Below are positions 1 through 13,933 of a stretch of DNA of 64,000 bases, piece after piece; the first letter of the stretch is position 1; the number at the start of each line of letters is the position of its first letter. This stretch comes from Octopus vulgaris (lineage: Eukaryota): contig OX597816.1 in NCBI GenBank assembly GCA_951406725.2, positions 76,384,001 to 76,448,000 of the forward strand, read 5' to 3'. The notes below the pieces were generated by a model that did not search any database, was not told the origin of the DNA, and saw only the letters and a list, made by a program, of their open reading frames with translations. A program made the position numbers and the translations under genes.

Positions 1-350
1 CACATCGGTATTTGCACGTATGCAACGCAGTATAGCTTGAAGATTCGGGACGTTCTCTTTCATGTTTCACAGTATCGCATAGATGTTACACTTCTACACA
101 CTTGCTTGTACAATGTTACAATGCAATAAAATCTCATCATGAAATGATTGTAGCGACTCCATGCAATCCATTTGTTTGCTTTCATTGATATTTTACTCCG
201 TGCTGAAGTTCTTTTGAACTTTGGACGCTCTTGAATTTGCCAAATACCAGTGGACTCCTGGATTGTTTACCTTTCAATTTGTGTGGTATCACATAACCAT
301 TAATGTGGTCTGTTTTAGTATGATACGCACCAATATATCAATCATCTTTA

Positions 351-566
<216 letters not shown>

Positions 567-722
567 ATTTGAATTGTATGTATTATATGTATATATATAT
601 ATATATATATAAATACATATGCATAAATAAATATATTTTCATATATGTACGTATATATAGGTATGTATATATAAGTATGTATATGTTCATATACATATAT
701 ATATGTATATAATATATTATAT

Positions 723-787
<65 letters not shown>

Positions 788-1018
788 CGTATATACATAT
801 ACATATATTACCCTCTCTCTCTTGTATATGTATATACAAGTTATATATAAGTCTCTTTTGAACTATTTTCTTATTGATTTTGATATTAAATTGTAATATG
901 AATTTATCTATCTACATATGTGTACGTATGCAAGAATACATGCTGGGGACTGTAAGTGTGGATGTGTTTCCGCGTGGATATGTATGTGCGTGTGGGTGGT
1001 GGTGTTGTGTGTGTGTGT

Positions 1019-1050
<32 letters not shown>

Positions 1051-1374
1051 CTGCTGTTACTTCCGTTTGGACGTTCGTGGCTCGAGCTCTACGCATTTCG
1101 AGATAAGGGTTTTGGTAAATTGCTATTTGCATTTCACGCTTGCCAAGCGTTTGTTTAATAGCGAACACTTTAATACATTCTTTTTCTCACAGTTTGTCTG
1201 TCTGTGTGTCGGTGTGTTGACAATGATAAGTTTGTAGATGACATGTTCTTCCTTCAAAAGTACTCGTACCTGAGGTTACAGTTTGGTATATGAATGTTTC
1301 CAATTTATGCGATTACATCTATCTATCTATCTATCTAGCCGTCTGCCTGTTTATCTATCTACCTAGCCATCTAT

Positions 1375-1445
<71 letters not shown>

Positions 1446-1867
1446 CCTAAATATATATATTCATACATACATACATGTATATATGTAATGTGTGTATATA
1501 TACATACATGTATATATGTAGTGTGTGTATATATACATACATGTATATATGAGTGTGTGTATGTACATCCGTATGCATACATACATACTTATTTACATGC
1601 ATAGATGTATATATGTATGTATACGGATGAAAATACACACACTCACACACACACTTACACATACCCATGCATGTATACAGACATCTGAAGAGAAAGTTGA
1701 CACCATTATTTTTGAAAGATTTATTTCTATAAACAAAATAATGTCATTTGATGCATTTGAATATTTAATCTAGTATTTAGTAGACATGTTTTGTGCATAA
1801 TATATTAGCATGTTTGCAGTATCAGGTAGCACCCGCTAGTGTCCACACAGGTAAAACGGAAGAATGA

Positions 1868-4320
1868 GTATGTATGTTCTCATCTATCTTTAATTATTTA
1901 AATTCTTCCTCTCGGGAAGGAGCGTGTTTCTAGGAAGGATAAAAATTTATCATCGTTGGAATGTAGATAATGAGAATAACTCACATTTCAAATTGGAGAA
2001 ATGTCTTGCATGGTTTTATCTCTAATGTGCAAGTTAGTAGATTACTTTTTCTGAAAATCCAAGCTTATCCAGAGTGTCAGTTAGGCATCTAGCTACAAAG
2101 CCAAGTGCACCAATTATTATTGGCATAATTCTAAATTTGTAATCTGGATAAACAAACAAGCGGTTTCGAGACAGTCGTCAATAGCTTTCCTCTTTCTGTT
2201 TATTTTTGGAAGAGATTAACATTAGCAGGAGAGCTGATCACGATGACAGTACGCACTTCTTCCTGTCTGTCCCAAGCAACAATATCGGGCCTCTTGACAG
2301 ATGTTTTTATGGGAATGTTCCAGCAGTATTCCTTGTGTTGATGTTTGTATATATATTCAATAGTTTTCAATGGCATTGTATGTTGTTTTTGCGACAACGT
2401 CGTCTAGCAAAGGGAAGTAATACCATGATGATATTTTTAGTAGCTGTTAATCACATGACATATTGTACATGTTCTGTTGCATCTTGGAACTCCAACGGTT
2501 TCATTGTCTTTTTTGTTTATTAGACATTTAGCTGCAACCTCCTGTTCTTGGATTGCAAATGCACAGCTTTCGAAGTGTGATGTTATGTAGTGGCCATGTG
2601 TTCAAGAGTGGCTTGGCTTTATGTCAATATTAATAAGTCTTTGGGAAACACACCCATGCATAATCTTTTTTTTTGTATTCTGATCGTTTCACAACAAGGT
2701 TTTCTTTGGGATATGTTACTCATGTTGATTTGGAGATGTATGAGAGATCATTAGGGAGTCAATGGCTCCCAAGGAGCTCGCTGACGGCACGTAGAATATT
2801 GCTCCCTTCACTTTTCAACATTTGGTTAGTATATCTATTTTTGATGTTGCTGTTTAGCAAGTACTATCTGAGAGAGACTATACGACATTCGAAGGCTGTC
2901 TGCACTAACCTCAATCCTCTACTTTCTTTATCTCCTCTTAGATAGAGCTAGCCCATATCACTATTCCTGTGAAGATTTCCAGTTTACATCAATATCTTGC
3001 GGGTTTTAACATTTATGGAGTGTATTTCTTCTAAAGGCCAGTCAAGTATCCCAAATGTTGGAATCAGCACTGGTACTGAAAATTCAATAGTGAGATGTTG
3101 TCTTGTACGAGGAAAGTTCTAACTGCCATACTTTTCTAAGTCTAGCATAATATTCTCGGGTCACTCTATCTTTATCCATAGTAACTTTTTATTGTGTTTT
3201 CATCCATGCTTAGGTAGTTGTAGCATTATTTGCGTGGGACAGGGAGATAATGAGACCATTGAGACATATGATGTGGTGACTGATTTTCCCCGTTCAACCA
3301 TCAAATACGAACATTTTCTTTTGGCCAAATTGCATTGCAATATCAGCTGAAAATGTCACTATTAATCCCTTTTTTTATTGTTAAAATTTTTAGCATAAAT
3401 CTTGGAGTCATCCACAAAAGATTATTGGCTCCATTAGTATCTCTAGCAGTTGCAGACCCGTGCATCTAGCCATTTGATTTTTGTAGTAGGAATGTATTTA
3501 ATGCAGCAAGAATGGATTTAATGCAGCGGAAATGGATTTAATGCCAAATTGAACAGAATTACAGGAAGACGTTCTCCTTCGAATATTCCCTTTTAAATAT
3601 TTGTAACATTCGAGACGATTGTTCCGCTCTCAGTTGTAAATGTAAGAACTGTTGCCAAGATCTTTGTGAGTCTCTCAATTGCAGCAATTAAGACAGAAGG
3701 TACTTTTGCCATATGGATTCACATCGGCACACATGAGAGGAAAATAGAGTCAAATGCCTTCCTGCAATGCAACCATACTGTTGTGAAGTTCTTACGATGT
3801 TTTTTTTCACTTCATACAGTACAGCTATGTTTATTAAAAGTTGTTTGGCACATCCTTACTCTCCCTTTTTCCCACCTGCCAGCCCATCAGTCACTGTTTT
3901 GTTGGACTTGCAATGATCCAGGAAGAATTGTTTGAGGCAGCTTCTACTCAGCTTGCACATAATATTTAGGCAAGCAATGGAGATATATTTTTAAGCACAC
4001 TCGGTTGATTTCAATCTTATGTACAAGTTTTATCTGTGCTATAGCAAGCCAATTTGGTATGGCAATCTGACCTTCCATTGTGCTTCTGAATAAACATAGT
4101 AGTTTGCGGTAAAGATGTCAGCCTTTTTTTACCAGTATCTAACTATTAGGTCCCTTCCAGTGCTTTTCCAGTCTGCTTTCGGGAATCTTTCGGGCATGTT
4201 TTACTGTTGATGTTGGAACGGTATTCATTCCTTAATGGATTCATCTACAGTGTGTTAAGGTTGAGATCTTTCTTTTCGTTCCAAATTTTCAACCAGAAGG
4301 ATTCAAGATCTTCATGAGAG
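1868..4320 (-). mobile_element. Decayed R4/Dong-clade non-LTR retrotransposon (RT + restriction-like endonuclease + 3'UTR)
   Basis: Minus-strand translation gives RT motifs GIFEGERLPVILFNLALNP (~3540-3590) and FVDDSKIYA (~3390-3420), the RLE motif KRPDIVAWDR..ISSPANVN (ORF 2200-2397) and YPDYKFRIMPIIIGALG (~2100-2150). The 3'UTR ends in ACATACATAC at ~1868-1877. Many stops and frameshifts. Confidence 0.85.
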
Positions 4321-4395
4321 ATGCTTTCTTAATGGAAATTTTTCCTTTTTCATCTCTCTGTATAATGTCGGTGGGCTGGAAGCAAACTCGTGATA

Positions 4396-4546
<151 letters not shown>

Positions 4547-5394
4547 TTGTGTCTGGAGTGAGTCATTTTATTTTTGGGCCTTATAATGTAACACACTCAC
4601 CCGTAAAACTTTCACTTATTTTTATTTTCCTAAAATTTTCGTTGCGTCTTAGAATCTTTTCAATAGTCTTGGCTCTGTCCGTTAGTTAAACTGAGTTCCG
4701 TTTTGTTTGTTTGTGCGCATGTGTTTGGGTCAGTGTGTATGTGTGTGTGCCTATGCATGCATCGACGTTGTATGTATGTGTGTATGTATGTATGCATGTA
4801 TGTATGTATGTATGTATGTATGTATGTATGTATCTATGTATGTATGTATGTGTGTGTATGTATACATGAGTGTGTATGCATATGTATATATGTATGTATG
4901 CGTGTGCATGTGTATATATATATTCTGCATATTCATGTGCCTGCATGTCTGTGTTAGTGTATTTTTATGTATGTGTGTGTGAGCGTGTGTTTGTATATGT
5001 ATGCACCACTGTCTCCTTGTGTGTACCATGTTTGTATGTATGGATGTGCATCTCTATATGTGTGGACACGCGTCACCTTATGTGTCCTTGTGTGGAGTAA
5101 AGTGCGTGTGTGTATATATATATATATATATATAGTCATGTGTTTCAGTCACCATTTGCGTATGTGTGCTTGTATGTTCATATAACCTATGTACCTATCC
5201 GTCTGTATGTTGATCTGTTTATTTTCATATCCATATGCTTACATACACGTGAATATACCCGCCACACACACACAAATACACACACACATGCACACATACA
5301 TACATACATCTATCTACATAACAACCCATTAACTATTCTACTCTACCTGTGTAAACTGTGGGTATGGAGGTATGATATCTACTATGTATATTTC

Positions 5395-6490
5395 CTATAT
5401 GGGAAATAATGAGGAGGAGTGGGCCCAACACTGTACCTTGTGGGATTGTATTCCTTCAAACACAATATGTTGGGTTCTGTTCGTCAGGAAACACTTTATC
5501 CATTGCAACAGCTTTCCACGGACTCCATTGCTGGACAGTTTCTTCAGCAGGATTTTGTGACCCACTCTGTCAAATGCCTTGCTGAAATCAAGGTAAATGA
5601 TGTTAGTTTGGGAGCCCTCTCCTAACGCTTTTAAGATGTCATCAAAATGGTACAGAAGCTGCGACAGACAGTCCCTGCCATCACGGAAAACATTCTGGTT
5701 GGGGTTCAACAGATTTTTTTCTTCGAGGAAGTGAGTTATTCGCGATCTCATCACCCTCTCAAATACTTTAATAATATGATAAGTGAGTGAAATCGGACGG
5801 TAGTTCACTGCAAGAGATTTGTTTCCCTTTTTGAAGACTGGAACCACAGACTGGGAAAGGAAATGATCAAGAATGTAACCTGCATCAAGTGAGTTTCTCC
5901 AGAGCTCCGCTAGATGGGGTGCAATTTGATGTCGACACATCTTCAGGACAGTGGCCGAGAACTTATAAGGACCTACTGCCGAGCTGTGTTTGATCTTATC
6001 TATTTCTGTTAGGATATCAAGAGCACCAAAGACAGAGCTGTATTGTATCTGCAGTATCTCACACATGGATATTGCGTCATCAACCAGAAGACCAATAGTG
6101 GAAACAGAGTCTTTATACTTTTTTGCAAATGAAAAGAACACGTTGGGATTGAGTTATATTTTCTCAATAGCCCAACTCTCCTCAGCTTCTCTTTGACTGT
6201 TAATGGTGGTCATCATGCTCTTTTGGAGGCCGTGTTTTTTCGATTCGAGGGATGCAATGCAGTCGAGTCGGTGCATTGCTGCTGGCAGTATTTAAGTTCG
6301 TTGATTTTCTTGTTCTTTTTATTTTTCTGATAATTGCTCTTCTATTTCTAGAGATTCTGCACTTAGATTTCTATACTGATCTTAATGGAGGATGTTTTGC
6401 GCATATGTTTGTTACAGTTTCTACAAATGTCTGCCATGATGTGTTTATGTTGGAGGGTGTGTATGCGTGGGTGAAGGCCCAATCAACTTG
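5395..6490 (-). mobile_element. CR1/Jockey-group LINE reverse transcriptase fragment
   Basis: ORF 5395-6141 contains VPVFKKGNKSLAVNYRPISLT, YLDFSKAFDRV and a frameshifted PQGTVLGPLL. Confidence 0.9.
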
Positions 6491-6499
6491 TGAAAGATC

Positions 6500-6583
6500 A
6501 TGGAATTTCAACATCAATAACAGCGTATTTTTGTATGTATGTATATATGTATGTATGTATGTATATATGTATGTAAGTATGTG

Positions 6584-6615
<32 letters not shown>

Positions 6616-7275
6616 TGTATGTATGTATGTATGTATGTATGTATGTATGTGCAGATTTATATGTTTTATGTATGTATTTTCATGCATACAGTTGTATATC
6701 TATATTAAATTAAAATGATAAACTTCTGGAAAGTTTTACAGATTTTTACAGTTCCAGTGATGTAGTGGATCTGTAGTTTTCGAATTAGCTTTCTCATTTC
6801 TGGCTTTGACAAACTTAATTCCTCAAGACTGGTATTTTGGCAGTGTGTTACCCCAATAAGTACATGTGTAAACCTGAATTTATAATTTGGATATAGTTAG
6901 TGCAGATTTCTCAATAGTTCAGCGTAGGTGTTTTCTTTTTCACTAACCTTCAGCTTTATGTTAACAACTGCTGGGCAGCTAATTTCCATAACTGCACAGT
7001 TTCTCTTCTCTATCCCAAGTCATTCTACATTGTTGTACTTACATCTTATTGAACTCTTCATTAGTACATTTCATCAGTATTCCTTTTTATTATGTGTGGC
7101 TATGGCTTCAACCATATTCTAGATTCTTATTTCATTGTCCTCGGGATTATCGTGCTGATGGATTTCATTATAGAGTATCCTAGCTACAACGTCATGCCTC
7201 ATCGGTAGATAATACTGTGATGACATTTTCGAACAACTGATTATGATGTAGGCGATATCTTCAGTGTGAACTCCA
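6500..7275 (-). mobile_element. 5'-truncated R4/Dong LINE 3' end (zinc-knuckle remnant, RLE, 3'UTR with internal (CATA)n)
   Basis: EDIAYIIISCSKMSSQYYLPMRHDVVARILYN, MEISCPAVVNIKLKVSEKENTYAELLRNL and TGTVKICKTFQKF. Bounded by a (TATG)n array at 7276-7554. Confidence 0.85.
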
Positions 7276-7473
7276 TGTATGTATGTATGTATGTATGTAT
7301 GTATGTATGTATGTATGTATGTATGTATGTATGTATGTATGTATGTATGTATGTATGTATGTATGTATGTACGTACGTATGTATGTATGTATGTATGTAT
7401 GTATGTATGTATGTATGTATGTATGTATGTATGTATGTACGTATGTATGTATGTATGTATGTATGCATGCATT

Positions 7474-7507
<34 letters not shown>

Positions 7508-7554
7508 TGTATGTATGTATGTATGTATTTATGTATGTATGTATGTATGTATGT
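7276..7554. repeat. (TATG)n microsatellite
   Basis: Direct tandem repeats. Confidence 0.97.
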
Positions 7555-7800
7555 AATTTGTTGCTCCGACGCAGTAGATTTCAAGATAGAAATTCTCTCT
7601 TAATATTTCAGTAGGTGAGAACGTTTAGAGATAGTGTAAAACTCTAACACGTTGTATAACTATAGATTAATGTTTCAGTAGAATATAATTAAAATACCAA
7701 CTTGATTCTGTAATTCTTAATTGATTTTGAATTCATCGTTATCCGTCTTTGGGTTTTCATCGAATTGCTTTGCTTGCCAAACTTTAACTCAGTTTATTAG

Positions 7801-7889
<89 letters not shown>

Positions 7890-8126
7890 ACACACAGACA
7901 GACACACACACAGATATATATGCGTGTGATGTGTGTGTGTGTATGTATATATGCCTCGAGTGGGTGGCTTTTATGCTAGCTGCTGCGGAGGGTTCTTCAT
8001 TGGGTCTTGAGCCCAACAATGACAATTCATTCATTGAGTACATAATAAAATTTTTTAAACTTGCACGATATTTTACAAACAGTTAACACTTTTCATCAAA
8101 ACAATGATGTTTGTCTATTTGGGACT

Positions 8127-8460
8127 TATTGCAAAGCTGCATGATAAACAACAATTTTGATCTTCTCATTCGGGGTCAGTACAAATAGCTTATTCCCATT
8201 CCCAACCCTTGAATAACCAGCATAGAGTTGGCCGTGAGAAAAGCAGGATTCCATCAAATGAAGCCCAGTTACTTTCAATGATTGTACTTGGGATCTATTG
8301 AACTATTTCCGCAACAACTGGTTGCCCATTGGCATCAATGCCGCCGATTTGCATTGAATTTTTTTCGAGCCAAGCATCGCATATTGCTCGACAGAAAATA
8401 CTCCAATCTATGATCGTAGTTCTAGTTTGTATCATATCCTTTTAAAACTTGTAGTACCAA
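8127..8460 (-). mobile_element. Helitron PIF1-helicase C-terminal fragment
   Basis: Minus strand reads QVQSLKVTGLHLMESCFSHGQLYAGYSRVG..VVY, matching the Helitron QGQSL..FSHGQLYV..SRV motif. Confidence 0.8.
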
Positions 8461-8699
8461 GTTCTTCCAGTTAAGTCATCGTCGGACTGTGATGTAGTGA
8501 AGTTAATCTTGGCTTTATATAATATCTATTCAGTTAAAAAACATTTCGTGGGTATATGGGTTTGACTGAAGTGGAACTTAGTTTGTAGGGTGGGTTTTGG
8601 GATAAAATTTTATGGATTAAATTTGTGTTATGTTATTGCTTAGAATTTATTATATATGCTGGTGTGAATATTTAGGTATGTCCCTTTTGAGACACCTAA

Positions 8700-9480
8700 T
8701 CAAAGGATTAAATCCAATAAAACCAATATTAAGTAAGACTGCTAACACAACCCATACCTACCTATCAAAATGGACAGCAGGTAGATGATTCTTTCTAGTG
8801 ACTAGAGGCAGTTGTTTTTGACCATGATGTATAAATCTATATATTTGTGATCCATTGCGAATTGGTACATAACTTTTGGGTTTTTATATTTAGACTAAAA
8901 TAATTGCAGGTCAAAATAAGTTATCTATGCTTTGTTACATGTCAGTCGAAGTGCTAGAGTTCAGTGATCAATCATCTACAAAGAGAAAGTTATGTATAGG
9001 AGTCATGTGTAAGATAGTTTCTGTTTGGTGATGTATGGTGATAGTGATATCGATCACCCATTGTATAACGGATGCGAACTTCAAGTATGTTATCGATGAA
9101 TACTTTAACGAGAACATCATACTAAATAGTTTTGGCACTAGAGCACAACCATATTTTATACGATTACTGACGGGAGAATCTCCGGACATCCGATTGTCAT
9201 CGACAACATCAGCCATCATGCCGTCATGAAACGTTCAGATAATGTTGGTCAGTTAGTCTGGGCAACCACAATTCGACATAATCTTCCAGAGACTCTGGTG
9301 ATTCATACTGCCGAATGCTTTGATCGAGTCAACAAAAGTTGTGTACTGGGCTGGGGTTGTGTTCGCAGAACTTCACAAATAGTTACCTGGAAATGTAACG
9401 TATGCAGTGCCATACCCTCAGAGAACAGGCCGTTTGTTTTTTCAGGATGTGGTTCATTAGGTCGGGTATTTACCTTAAAT
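8700..9480 (-). mobile_element. RTE-clade LINE RT fragment, heavily decayed
   Basis: HDGMMADVVDD..NRIKYGCALVPKLFSMMFS and FLFVDD resemble the RTE motifs HDGM..GVKQGCVLAPTLF and LFADD. Confidence 0.75.
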
Positions 9481-10061
9481 TATCTACGTCTTTGATAGTA
9501 CTTAATTTAAGTACTAATGATAATTCTAGATATGTGATTTCACTTCAGTGGCCTGAAGAGAAATTTCTCCAATTGGGACACAACCTAACAATATTTTGCA
9601 CGCTGCTTATGCCATTACATTTCATTTTGTTTCATTTGATTTCAACGTAATCCTCTACATATTTTGTATGTGTATGTATTGCTCCTGTCCTGACTTCCGT
9701 CTCCTTTATGACAATAAAACATCACGATCAATAGTATTATCATCGCCATCGTCGTCATCGTTATTATTATTATTCATAGTTTTATTAGCATTCTTGTTGT
9801 CGTCATTTTAGAAAAAAGGCATCTCAATACACGTAGTGGTAGAGAGAATGCTAGTCGGTTATTTCATCGATGCGAAATATGCAGGATTCGTGGTCAGGTT
9901 TATTACCACGTATAGATGTATGTATGTATGGATGCAGTTATCTATATTATGTACGTAAGTATGTATGTATGTATGTATGTATGTATGTATGTATGTATGT
10001 ATGTATGTATGTATGTATGTATGTATGTGTGTATGTATGTATGTGTGTATGTATGTATGTC

Positions 10062-10168
10062 ATTATTCAGTTTTATTTCAAGATTACTTGCCAAGAGAGG
10101 AAGAGTTGGTTCTAACCTAGATCCAAGGGTCCTTCATTGGAATTTCAGCATCAACAGCAGGGTATTTT

Positions 10169-10170
<2 letters not shown>
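10062..10170 (-). mobile_element. Isolated ~110-bp 3' terminus of the R4/Dong LINE embedded in (TATG)n
   Basis: Shares ggaatttcagcatcaacagcagggtattttt with 6501-6530. The minus strand ends ...gaaataaaactgaataatg followed by (ACAT)n. Confidence 0.75.
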
Positions 10171-10200
<30 letters not shown>

Positions 10201-10224
10201 TGTATGTATGTATGTATGTATGTT

Positions 10225-10815
10225 GGATGTAATCCACAGTCAGCTAAATTTGGAGAAACACTTAAATTTAGCGACAGCTGGAGTGATGGTTTGTTTACAT
10301 CATTTTTTTACACCCCTTCTGGCAGATTTAAACCCATTTTCAGTGTTTTGGGAGGATCGAGGACCATTTTTTCTTTTTTTACAAAAGATGCCTTTCGTCG
10401 CCGTGATGAGCTTTATGTATCCGATTGAAGAGTCATCTCGGGCTTTTTTATAGCACCGAAGTAAATCTTGGTTTAGTTTCTGTGTCCAAGTAAAATAAGA
10501 AGAGTACTTACGTCTTTTTCAATTACTTACCAGTGAAGTAGTTCTATTTTTATCTGTGCTGACGTTGTTAGTTTCATCTGTAATGGTATTAGTTTCTGCC
10601 ATAATCGTGTTAGTGAAATTCTACGTGGTGTAAATGTATATTTTAAAATCTGCTCGGGATAGAGATACGATGGCGAGTAAAATGTGTTTCTCTTATTGAC
10701 TATTGCACAAATATACCAGTTACCGATTTAGGATGAAGAAATCTAAAGGAAGCCGTTCTAAAGGACTTTTTAAACGGCCCTCTACACCTGTACGTCTGAT
10801 GTTGACGGTTCCATT
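10225..10815 (-). mobile_element. 5' end (UTR + ORF N-terminus) of an R4/Dong-like LINE between (TATG)n arrays
   Basis: ATG at 10602(-) gives MAETNT..*..FTWTQKLNQDLLRCYKKARDDSSIGYIK, resembling the WT..LN..L..CY..A...GY N-terminal motif of R4/Dong ORFs. Confidence 0.6.
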
Positions 10816-10850
10816 ATGTATGTATGTATGTATGTATGTATGTATGTATG

Positions 10851-10881
<31 letters not shown>

Positions 10882-11142
10882 GAATGTTTGATACTAATCA
10901 TATCTGTCAGGCATGTGAAAGAGAGCGTAATTCAGCAGGAGGATTTAACGACGTGCAAAGGTACATGAAGCCCAGTTACAACTACAGCCAGCTATTGCCG
11001 GTAAACGTTTTAGCTGCCAATTCTGTACAAGACATTGTAGATTTTTAGCTGGGATAAAAGTCACATTCGATGACAGCACCAATAACAGTTAAGTTTCTTG
11101 CAATGGCCATACTCGATAATGAGGGGGCAGCCATCATGTTTG

Positions 11143-11170
11143 TACGTATGCATGTATGTATGTATGTATG

Positions 11171-11204
<34 letters not shown>

Positions 11205-11350
11205 TGTATGTATGTATGTATGTATGTATGTATGTATGTATGTATGTATGTATGTATGTATGTATGTATGTATGTATGTATGTATGTATGTATGTATGTA
11301 TGTATGTATGTAGGTAGGTATGTAGGTAGGTAGGTATGTAGGTAGGTATG
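11143..11350. repeat. (TATG)n/(TAGG)n microsatellite
   Basis: Direct tandem repeats. Confidence 0.95.
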
Positions 11351-12030
11351 CATGCATGTATCTGTGGATGTACATACGTATGCATGCATGTATGTGTTAA
11401 ATTGCGAACGCAAGATTACTCACTCACACTCTCGATATATAACAATTAATCAAGAATGCGGATAATATATCTTAATCTTTAGACATTCGTGTTTTGATAT
11501 TGAAATAAACCTTTAATAATTTCATGAGATTACACAATGTTCACAGTCTCTGTTACGAGAAGACATCATGAGTAGGCTTGATGAATATGCTATGTTGCCT
11601 GGAGATTTCTGCCCCTATCATACACTATTCCACCTACTGACACGGCTCTTTATTAGTTTGATAAGTTTGTTTGTTACACTGCTATCTTGTTTCCAGTGAT
11701 TACTGTACAAATATTTACACAATTGATTGACCTTACAAGAAAGCTATTGAAACACAGATATATAGTATAGTAAGTTACGCGAACAACGATTTAAAAGCGG
11801 GATGAGGGTATTAAATTTATTCTCATCTCTTTCTTATTGATATAGTGATAAAATAACACCAAGAATATCAACAACAACAACAACAGCAACAATGATAATA
11901 ATAGTAATAGAATTTTCACAGAATAGTAATAATAATAACAGCAAGAACAACAACAATAATAATTATAATAATAGATATTTTTGTTTTATTGTCGTTTTTG
12001 ACATCATGATTATTATTACGTAGCTGTTGC

Positions 12031-12091
<61 letters not shown>

Positions 12092-12489
12092 GTTATTAAC
12101 CTTTTCTCCTTATCAGAGACACAAATATGTTGCCAATGATATGTATGCACAATAAAGCAGTATTAATGTTGCGGAAAAGTTTCTTTTAATTCCTTTTGAT
12201 GAATGGTTATTAAAGATATATAATGATGCATTAATAATTGATGGTGAAAAGAGAAACAGTAGAACAGTATTTTGAGGAATGTAGGAAACTTGAAGATGAA
12301 AAATATAACAAATAGAAAAGGAAAGTGATCAGTTGATAAAAAGGGAAAAAAGAAATCATAAAAAATTAATAACCAACAGTTGAAATGATATATTGGCATA
12401 TACGTTTACGCCTCCAACTACATGTTTGTGTGTATGCAGAAGCATGGTGTGTAAACTTGCATATGTATATGTGTTCATTTGATTCATTT

Positions 12490-12677
12490 GCTTTTTTCAG
12501 TCATTTGACTGCGGCCATGCCGGAGCACCGACTTTAGTCGAACAAATCGACCCCAGGACTTATTCTTTGTAAGCCTAATACTTATTCTATCGGTGTCTTT
12601 TGCCGATCCGCTAAGTTACGGGTACGTAAACACGCCAGCATCAGTTGTCAAGCGATGGTCGGGGGACAAGCACATAC

Positions 12678-12728
<51 letters not shown>

Positions 12729-12984
12729 AGATAAGGGCAGAAGAAAAATTCTAATGCCAGATATGCCGAAACAAAAATTTTTTTTAGAGATTTCTATCGG
12801 TTTGTTTCGAGACGCATAAATTTAATGGTTATCGACAATTTTTTGTTTCGGCGTATCTGGCATTAGAATTTTTCTTCTGCCCTTATCTTGTAAATTATGT
12901 ATAAATCTTACCTTTAAAGGCATTTTTTTTTATATGCTGGCCATTGATGAAATTTTTTTCCCGAAAAAAATTTTTTCCTATATC

Positions 12985-13032
<48 letters not shown>

Positions 13033-13187
13033 TACGGGCTTCTTTCAGTTTCCGTCTACCAAATCCACTCACAAGACTTTGGTCGACCCGAGGCTATAGT
13101 AGAAGACAGTTGCCCAAGGTGCCACGCAGTGGGACTGGACCGAGAACCATGAGGTTGGGAAGCAAGCTTCTTCCCACACAGTCAGGC

Positions 13188-13190
<3 letters not shown>
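12490..13190 (-). mobile_element. tRNA-derived SINE, family 1 (octopus-type, central CA/TA microsatellite), carrying a nested insertion
   Basis: Minus strand has tRNA-like A/B boxes and ccttgggcaa, with a conserved tail ...tgactgcggccatgc.ggagcaccg. Repeated many times in the window. Confidence 0.88.
12725..12990. mobile_element. Foldback remnant (PLE pseudo-LTR-like end with inverted copy) inserted in the SINE's (TA)n
   Basis: 12725-12778 is the reverse complement of ~12837-12892 (tacaagataagggcagaagaaaaattctaatgccagata...). Confidence 0.6.
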
Positions 13191-13234
<44 letters not shown>

Positions 13235-13236
<2 letters not shown>

Positions 13237-13289
13237 TACAAAGCGATCGTATCAAGTTACCGGAGTCATTCTTGTTGCTTATTTTGATT

Positions 13290-13371
<82 letters not shown>

Positions 13372-13442
13372 TACAAACGACCGTATCAAGTTACCGGAGT
13401 CATTCTTGTTGCTTATTTTGATTATATATATAAATATATAAT

Positions 13443-13501
<59 letters not shown>

Positions 13502-13550
13502 TACAAACGATCGTATCAAGTTACCGGAGTCATTCTTGTTGCTTATTTTG

Positions 13551-13647
<97 letters not shown>

Positions 13648-13694
13648 TACAAACGATCGTATCAAGTTACCGGAGTCATTCTTGTATTTTGATT
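13235..13694 (+). repeat. Composite tandem array: four ~54-bp units separated by (TA)n
   Basis: ggtacaaacgatcgtatcaagttaccggagtcattcttgttgcttattttgatt at 13235, 13370, 13500 and 13646. Confidence 0.95.
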
Positions 13695-13697
13695 ATA

Positions 13698-13747
<50 letters not shown>

Positions 13748-13933
13748 AGTAGTTGAATGAATTATCTTATTAAGGATAACCGATACCTGGGTAGCAAATT
13801 CACATCAGAAATAACACGGTTGAAGCTACGTCCCTAGGGCATAGACTACGTGTCTTCGTGCGGAAATTTGTATGTTTATTTTAAAATCATAAGTATATGA
13901 AAGAATGGAGTTGAACGACTAGTTAACAAATAT

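Noticed and set aside
13235-13694. CRISPR array interpretation of the repeat-spacer pattern
   Set aside because: The context is eukaryotic, the spacers are (TA)n rather than unique sequence, and there are no cas genes.
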